A stretch of 64,000 bases of DNA. It comes from Desulfomonilia bacterium (lineage in GTDB: Bacteria > Desulfobacterota > Desulfomonilia > UBA1062). Position 1 is the stretch's first letter. Every line of letters starts with the position of its first letter. Both the position numbers and the translations under genes were made by a program. Under the pieces are notes generated by a model. It made no database searches. It had not been told where the DNA came from and saw only the letters and a list, made by a program, of their open reading frames with translations. The stretch is from positions 416,001 through 480,000 of the forward strand of contig JBEKDT010000001.1 in assembly GCA_050014195.1 (NCBI GenBank), read 5' to 3'. Below, one piece after another: positions 58,033-64,000 of this stretch.

Positions 58033-58896
58033 TCATGACTCATGAGGCCGTGTCCCTTTGCATTTGGGAAAGGTGGAACAGCCGTAAAACAAGCTCCCAG
58101 CTGTGGGTCCCTTCTTTGCAGTACGCAACACCATAGCGCTGCCGCATAAGGGGCAAAGAATAGGGGTGGGGTTGTCGTGGACAGGCATCTTAATGACTGC
58201 CGGTTTAACTTTATGGATTGGTATTGCCGTGTTTTTGATTCTGCCGATCATTGCATACAGCTCTTTGCCGTTGACGAGCTGGATGGGGTTGCCTCTGGCA
58301 AAATCTATCGCCTCCTGGGTAAAGGTGCCCGAGGTAATGACGATCCCTCCCGATGCCTTCTTGTCATAGACCACACCGAGCAGTTGCCTGACGATGACGA
58401 CGCCCACGCTCTCCATCTTCCAGTGCTTGCACTGGACAAAGATGGTCTCGCCGTTCTTCTTCAGCACAAGGTCCACCCCGCCGTCTGCCCCGCCTCCTCC
58501 TGTCTCGATGATGGTGTATCCTCTTCTTCTGTATGCCTCGCCCACGAGCCACTCGAAATCCTGCCAGCTCAACGATCGAATCGTTTCCCTGTTCTTCTGG
58601 CTCTTGAAAAGAACGATCCTCTCTTTGCGGTTGAAGACTGAATTCACGAAGGAGAGGCCTGCTATCACGAGAAAAAAGAACAAGGCCGAGTTGGCGAATG
58701 TTGGTCCTGCTTGCGCCAGGTTTCTCAAAAAGACATCGGGTGGAATGCCGTTGGGACCTGGTGCTGCATGGGAATTACCCCACATTGCCGGAATCGCATA
58801 CTTCAATAATCCATAGCTGAGAACAGCAAGAATGACGATAATCCACCACGATGCTTCAATCAGGTCATCGGCGAATGAGGTATTTCTTCGTGCCAT
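58033..58896 (-). CDS. membrane-anchored Mrr-family restriction endonuclease with topoisomerase-type Zn ribbon
   Basis: two N-terminal TM helices, WQDFE..V, DGGVDL, VQCKHW, CPLCG.AMV.R...FYGCSTFPKC. Confidence 0.88.
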   Translation of the reverse strand: MARRNTSFADDLIEASWWIIVILAVLSYGLLKYAIPAMWGNSHAAPGPNGIPPDVFLRNLAQAGPTFANSALFFFLVIAGLSFVNSVFNRKERIVLFKSQKNRETIRSLSWQDFEWLVGEAYRRRGYTIIETGGGGADGGVDLVLKKNGETIFVQCKHWKMESVGVVIVRQLLGVVYDKKASGGIVITSGTFTQEAIDFARGNPIQLVNGKELYAMIGRIKNTAIPIHKVKPAVIKMPVHDNPTPILCPLCGSAMVLRTAKKGPTAGSLFYGCSTFPKCKGTRPHES

Positions 58897-58962
58897 GATC
58901 GAACCCTTTCCTAGTTTCATTCATTATTATAACTTTATCGAATTCTTTTATTGTTTTATTAA

Positions 58963-59133
58963 AGGTACCTCTAAAATTTGATGATCTCGAAAAAGAATGA
59001 GCGATTTCACCCTCAGTGTCGTTCCCGCGGAAGCGGGAATCCAGTTATTTTGAGTAGTTCTGGACCCCCGCTTTCGCGGGGGTGACAATAAAAATAAATT
59101 CGTATGAAATCCCCTGCATTATTAGAGGTACCC
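58963..59133. mobile_element. MITE copy 2 (inverted relative to copy 1)
   Basis: AGGTACCTCTAA ... TTAGAGGTACCC, flanked by TTAA on both sides. Confidence 0.85.
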
Positions 59134-59432
59134 TTAATATTGACTCCTACACAACATCATGAACTCTCGTTGCGTGGAGAGTCAGCAATGAAACGAGTTT
59201 CGTAGGGATGACATAATGGGACTTTTGCAATTGGTGCTTATTATTTGATTTGTATGGTTCACTGCTGCAGAATAGGAGCGGTCAAAGAATGCCAGGCCCT
59301 CATCGATGCACAGTGATATGTTTATACCACATGTGTTATCATTCTCCAGTACGATTTCTCCCGGAAGGGGAACGATGGGGGCTTTCCATGCATACTCCAT
59401 CTTTCACTGCTCCGTATAACAGGAGATAGACA

Positions 59433-60275
59433 ATGGATCAGTTTGTGCGGGTAAACAATATTCAATTGCACTATCTCGATCACCAGGGTGGCGACCCGCC
59501 CCTGGTGCTCATGCCGGGCTTGACGGCAAATGCCTGTTCGTTTGACGGCCTCATCAAGGCCGGGCTAAGTCCGGCGCTGAGGGTGTTGGCCCTTGATCTT
59601 AGGGGACGCGGCCTGAGCCACAAACCTGACAGCGGCTACAGCATGGCCGACCATGCCGCCGACGTGCTCGGCCTGCTGGATACGTTGGAGCTCCGGCAGG
59701 TCGTGCTGGGCGGCCACTCGTTCGGGGGCTTGCTGTCCATCTATATGGCTGCCAAAAATCCTGAGCGGGTCAGTAAACTGGTGATCATCGATGCTGCCGG
59801 ATCGATGCACCCCCGGGTGCGGGAGTTGATCAAACCCTCTGTTGACCGCCTTGGTAAAGTGCTGCCCTCGTGGGAGGCTTACCTTGAGGCCATGAAGCAG
59901 ATGCCTTTCTACCAGGGCTGGTGGGACCCGACAATCGAAAGCTACTACCGGGCAGACGTAGAAATCCGCGGCGACGGCACGGTCAAGCCCCGCTCGCGTC
60001 CCGAAGCGATCATCGAAGCGGTGGAAAAGTCCCTGGCTGAGGATTGGGCTCAACTCTTGAGAGCAGTCGGGCAGCCGGTGCTGCTGCTCAACGCCCCCGG
60101 CCCCTTCGGCCCGCCGGGGACTCCGCCGGTTCTGCCTCGTGAACAGGCAATGGATACGGTCAATATGCTCTCTGATGGGCGATACGGAGAAATCCCCGGC
60201 AACCATATGACCATGCTCTTCGGTGAAGGGGCGCAGCGGATTGTTGAGGCCATTTTAGCTTTTGTGTGCCAATAG
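59433..60275 (+). CDS. alpha/beta hydrolase
   Basis: PGLTAN, DLRGRGLS, GHSFGG, PGNH. Confidence 0.9.
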   Translation: MDQFVRVNNIQLHYLDHQGGDPPLVLMPGLTANACSFDGLIKAGLSPALRVLALDLRGRGLSHKPDSGYSMADHAADVLGLLDTLELRQVVLGGHSFGGLLSIYMAAKNPERVSKLVIIDAAGSMHPRVRELIKPSVDRLGKVLPSWEAYLEAMKQMPFYQGWWDPTIESYYRADVEIRGDGTVKPRSRPEAIIEAVEKSLAEDWAQLLRAVGQPVLLLNAPGPFGPPGTPPVLPREQAMDTVNMLSDGRYGEIPGNHMTMLFGEGAQRIVEAILAFVCQ

Positions 60276-60314
60276 TATGCAAGGTTCGTTCAGTAACATG
60301 AGGAGGTGTTCATA

Positions 60315-60752
60315 ATGAAAACAATAGCCTTTGACTCCATCGTGGTGGGTGATGCACTTGAACCGGTAGTTCGAAGCGTGACACAGGAGACGTTTTGGAA
60401 ATTCTCGGCTGCATCTCTTGACTATAATCCGGTTCACAACGACCTGGAATGGGTGAAAACCGCACAACCTTTCGGCATTGATCAGACGGTAGGCCACGGC
60501 ATGATGACGATTGCTTTTATGATGAGTGTGGTTTCCAACTGGGCCTATCCATCAATGCTGATGATCAGAAAAAGCGAGTCAAAGCTTATCTTTCCTGTCC
60601 TGGCAGGATGGACCGTTACCTGTACCGGTATCATTGCGGAAAAGCACCTCATATGCCCCGGTAAAAATTTTGTGGTGATAGATCTTGAGGCAAAAAACCA
60701 GGATGGACAGTTACTTGGTGTATGTAAAGCAGAGGTCGTCTTCCCTGACTGA
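60315..60752 (+). CDS. MaoC-family dehydratase
   Basis: SLDYNPVH, GHGM hydratase motif; RBS AGGAGG. Confidence 0.88.
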   Translation: MKTIAFDSIVVGDALEPVVRSVTQETFWKFSAASLDYNPVHNDLEWVKTAQPFGIDQTVGHGMMTIAFMMSVVSNWAYPSMLMIRKSESKLIFPVLAGWTVTCTGIIAEKHLICPGKNFVVIDLEAKNQDGQLLGVCKAEVVFPD

Positions 60753-60806
60753 GGAGATGAAACCCTTTGAAAAAGGTTCGCCCCGAATATACGAAGGAGA
60801 AGCATA

Positions 60807-61271
60807 ATGGGCAAAGATCTCTTTTCAAAATATATAACGACTGAAAAGCAGAAGCAGTTCGATACAAACTTCTTCAAGGATGCACAGAGCTATGAAGTAT
60901 GGGATGAGATCGATTTTTCAAACATCGAAGAGGTGGATGGTGAACAGACCTTTGAGATCAAAGCTGAGGATGTTAAGTATTTTGCAGAAGCCGTCATGGA
61001 TGACAATCCCCTCATGAGGGATGAATCATATGCAAAGAACTCTCCCTACGGCGGACTGGTCCCTCATCCTGTATTCGCTACCACGATCATCTTCTGGTGT
61101 ATCGGCACAAAGGGGCGGGGCAACTGGATCAGGACTCCCGGCGCACGAAACCCCGGCCAGTATATGGAATTGTATGAGAATTTTCGTATCGGCGAAGTAA
61201 TCCACATCAAGATGAAGCCCTTTGACCGGTACATCAAGATCAGAAGGTTCCTCCAGGGGATGCACCCCTGA
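60807..61271 (+). CDS. MaoC/FAS1-like dehydratase subunit, probably C-terminally truncated
   Basis: FAEAVMDDNPL..D..YA..SPYGGLV.HP; ends shortly after DRYIK without the final beta strands. Confidence 0.7.
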   Translation: MGKDLFSKYITTEKQKQFDTNFFKDAQSYEVWDEIDFSNIEEVDGEQTFEIKAEDVKYFAEAVMDDNPLMRDESYAKNSPYGGLVPHPVFATTIIFWCIGTKGRGNWIRTPGARNPGQYMELYENFRIGEVIHIKMKPFDRYIKIRRFLQGMHP

Positions 61272-61510
61272 AAAATTGCCTTAAGGTGAAGCTCACCGGG
61301 TTCTCGGGTGTCTCTTAAATACCGGGGAAGAAAACTGTTCACTGCTTCGGCATTGAATGCTAGTATGTGTTGCCGGGAATTCCGGCCTGAGAGGGCCGCC
61401 GGCGCAGAGTCCATAAACCGGTGAGTCGGTTCGAACGCCGTGTCCATGGGCGCGCCTCCCTGAAGATTCGGGGATCGGGGATGGGCTTTTCAACCAGGGG
61501 AGGGAGTTGT

Positions 61511-63358
61511 ATGGGGCGTATCAATCTGAAAACCATCATTCGAAACTTTCTGTGGTTCGTCAATTTCAGGACCATGATCAAACTGAACATGTGGTGGCTG
61601 TGGCCGCGGCGCAAGCGGACCTTCTTCATCTTTGAAGGCAGGGAATATACCTATCGCGAGGTCTATCAGCAATCTCAGCGCTATGCCGGTTTCTTTCTCT
61701 CCGAGCGGCATAAACTGGTTGTAAGCGGGAAATTGGGCAAGGATGAGCGGTTGGCGCTGGGGATTTATATGGACAACACCCCGGAATTCATCTTTGCGGC
61801 CCTCGGGGCCGGATTGAGCAATTCGATCCTCTTTGCGATCAACACCGGGTTCCGCGGCGAAACGCTGGCAAAGGTCATCAACCAGGCGAAGATCGCCCGC
61901 CTGATCACGAACGCGAGCGTGGCCGCGGAGGTGGAGAGCATCATCCCGGATCTGACCGTACTCGGCCGTGAAGATATTTTGTATGCCGGAGAGGAAGGCG
62001 AGATTGTCGGCACGGGCTACCGGCTGCTGGAGCTCTCCGTTGCCGGCGCCACGTCCAAGGCCGCGCAGCAAAGCATGGTGCCCATTGACAATTTCAGCCC
62101 GGTCATCGTCATCTATACCTCCGGTACGACCAGCCTTCCCAAAGCGGTGCCCTGTACGCACATCAAGCTCGTGGGCGCGGGTGTTGTCGTTGAGAAAGAT
62201 GTCCGCCTCACCAAAAAGGACCGCGGCTACATTTCCATGCCGCTCTTTCACTCGAATGCCTGGTACATCGGCATCCTCACGCAGATGGTCGCGGGAAGCA
62301 GCTTTGTGCTCAAGCGCCGCTTCAGCGCACGGGCCTTTGAGGATGACATGCTGGCCTACGGTGTGACCTTCCTGAATTATGTCGGCCAGCCGCTTCACTA
62401 CATCATTGATGCCCTGGAAAAGAAATACGGAAGCGGCGAAGCGGTCGAGAAGGCCCTGGCAGGGCATCCGAAAAACCGGTTCCGGATCGCCTATGGGAAC
62501 GGGGCCTCGGTCGTGGACCGCAAGAAACTGATGCGCTACCTCGGCATGGAACACATCTTTGAAATCTATGGATCAACAGAGGCGGTCATCACCACAGCAA
62601 ACCGGCCCGGCGATCCGATCGAATCCGTCGGCCAAGCGCAGGATTCGGTTATGATCCTTAATGAGCAGGACAGCGAGTGCCCCCCGGGGATCGTGGATGC
62701 GGGCGGGCGGCTCAAAAACTACGATCAGGCCGTGGGTGAGATCTGCGCCAAGGTCGGCGATGACAACCTCAGATTCGAAGGCTACCTTGACAATGCCAAA
62801 GCCACCACGCAAAAGTTCCGCAACGGAATCTACCATTCAGGCGATCTGGGCCATATCCGGATCGTGAACGGCAAGCGGTACCTGTATTTCAACGGGCGTA
62901 CCGATGACTGGATCCGCAAGGACGGCGAGAACTTCTCTGCCGAGAATGTCCTGCAGTTTGCCCAGCAGATGCCCTGTGTGGACTGCGCGATCGCCTACGG
63001 CGCGCCGTGTGACGTATCGGATGAAAGGGTTATGGTGACAATCCAGCTCAAGAAAGACGCTCGATTCGATCCGGATGCGGTACATGCCTGGCTGATCCGG
63101 CAGCAGAAAGAGGGCGGTATGGACCCCAAATGGATGCCCGACTTTATCCGTATCATCGAGAGCTTCCCCGTGACCGACACCCACAAGATCGTGGTGCGTC
63201 CCTATAAGCGGGAGCATTACAATATCGAGTGCAACCCCGATATGGTGGTTTATTTCAGGACCAAGAGCGATGCCACCTACACCCTTCTGACGCCGGAAAA
63301 GTACCAGGGCATGAAGGAATGCTTCATCAGGAACGGCCGGGAATCTTTACTCCTCTAG
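61511..63358 (+). CDS. AMP-binding acyl-CoA synthetase (long-chain/FATP-like)
   Basis: YTSGTTSLPKA, YGSTE, SGDLG, GRTDDWIRKDGEN. Confidence 0.92.
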   Translation: MGRINLKTIIRNFLWFVNFRTMIKLNMWWLWPRRKRTFFIFEGREYTYREVYQQSQRYAGFFLSERHKLVVSGKLGKDERLALGIYMDNTPEFIFAALGAGLSNSILFAINTGFRGETLAKVINQAKIARLITNASVAAEVESIIPDLTVLGREDILYAGEEGEIVGTGYRLLELSVAGATSKAAQQSMVPIDNFSPVIVIYTSGTTSLPKAVPCTHIKLVGAGVVVEKDVRLTKKDRGYISMPLFHSNAWYIGILTQMVAGSSFVLKRRFSARAFEDDMLAYGVTFLNYVGQPLHYIIDALEKKYGSGEAVEKALAGHPKNRFRIAYGNGASVVDRKKLMRYLGMEHIFEIYGSTEAVITTANRPGDPIESVGQAQDSVMILNEQDSECPPGIVDAGGRLKNYDQAVGEICAKVGDDNLRFEGYLDNAKATTQKFRNGIYHSGDLGHIRIVNGKRYLYFNGRTDDWIRKDGENFSAENVLQFAQQMPCVDCAIAYGAPCDVSDERVMVTIQLKKDARFDPDAVHAWLIRQQKEGGMDPKWMPDFIRIIESFPVTDTHKIVVRPYKREHYNIECNPDMVVYFRTKSDATYTLLTPEKYQGMKECFIRNGRESLLL

Positions 63359-63383
63359 TCGTTTACGAAAGTATTACCCATGA

Positions 63384-64000
63384 CTATACGGAAAAGGCCT
63401 TGGTGATCTCATCTGTTCTGAACTGGGGCAGGGGGGTTTGTTTCCCGTCCCGGTAGAGGATAAGACCCTGCGATGAGGTTATGGTCCCGATATTGGCGCC
63501 GCAGATGCCGGCCTGGCTCCAGGCCGCCAGGATTGCCTGAGCATATTCCGGCCTGCAGCACACGATGAGCGACCCCGATGCCAGGGCCCCCAATGGGTCT
63601 ATGGAAAAGACAGGAAGAATTTTCTCGGCAAGGGCTATGAGGGGAATGTGCTCCAGATGGACCTCCATGCCGCAGCCGCTTGCGCCTGCCAGCTCGAAGA
63701 GCCCGGTGGCAAGGCCTCCCTCCGTAGGGTCATGCATGGCAGTTACCCCGCCTGTTTCCAGGGCGATCCGTGCATCGCGGGTAACGCCGATCCCGGGGTC
63801 ATAGATCAGGTTTTGCGCCTGCTTCAAGGTTACTTCATCAAGGCCCAGCTTGCCGGCAAACTCACGTGCAAGGAGCGCTGTTGCCTCAATGGGAATGCCC
63901 TTGCTCAGGAGGACGGCATCACCCGGTTTCGCGCCGGAGGAGCGTATGATGCCGTGACCGGAGACTGTGCCTATCATAAATCCGATGGCGATCGGTCTTT
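63384..64000 (-). CDS. AIR-synthase/HypE-like family protein (5' part outside window)
   Basis: GAKPGD, AMHDPTEGGL, DPLGALASG. Confidence 0.8.
   Translation of the reverse strand, partial: RPIAIGFMIGTVSGHGIIRSSGAKPGDAVLLSKGIPIEATALLAREFAGKLGLDEVTLKQAQNLIYDPGIGVTRDARIALETGGVTAMHDPTEGGLATGLFELAGASGCGMEVHLEHIPLIALAEKILPVFSIDPLGALASGSLIVCCRPEYAQAILAAWSQAGICGANIGTITSSQGLILYRDGKQTPLPQFRTDEITKAFSV

Noticed and set aside
51675-59133. Single composite transposon insertion
   Set aside because: Each MITE copy is flanked by its own 4-bp duplication and the outer flanks differ (TTTA vs TTAA)
59182-59400. 72-aa minus ORF or decayed thiolase C-terminus on plus strand
   Set aside because: Similarity is too fragmentary to support either call

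Overview
About 64 kb of bacterial chromosome, most consistent with an anaerobic deltaproteobacterium (Thermodesulfobacteriota, Syntrophales/Desulfomonilia-like). This placement is inferred from gene content and protein style. Housekeeping blocks are kdsD; thrC-metK-ahcY; purC; purH-purD-purE-tsaC; kdsA-kdsC-lptCAB-rpoN-hpf; 2-oxoacid:ferredoxin oxidoreductase; and recD2. They are interleaved with fatty-acid/lipid metabolism genes, redox operons and accessory DNA. Main observations: (1) A candidate sigma54 mini-regulon. Three loci share tandem DTCCT-N7-ARGAH sites at a 19-bp period upstream of a -24/-12 promoter. They precede two paralogous unknown small proteins, a ferredoxin, a truncated RpoH-like sigma factor, the likely activator and a PEP-CTERM-like mini protein. 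(2) A candidate structured sRNA behind a sigma28-type promoter between purC and a Nudix gene. (3) An accessory island (about 51.7-59.1 kb) with an XRE-ImmA/PIN/ERCC4-nuclease operon, a winged-helix-like gene preceded by a 9-bp-period repeat array, an Mrr-type nuclease, pseudogenes, short junction motifs and two copies of a MITE, each with its own 4-bp TSD. (4) An NRAMP/MgtE-type operon with an unannotated 37-aa membrane peptide. No rRNA, tRNA or CRISPR array was seen.
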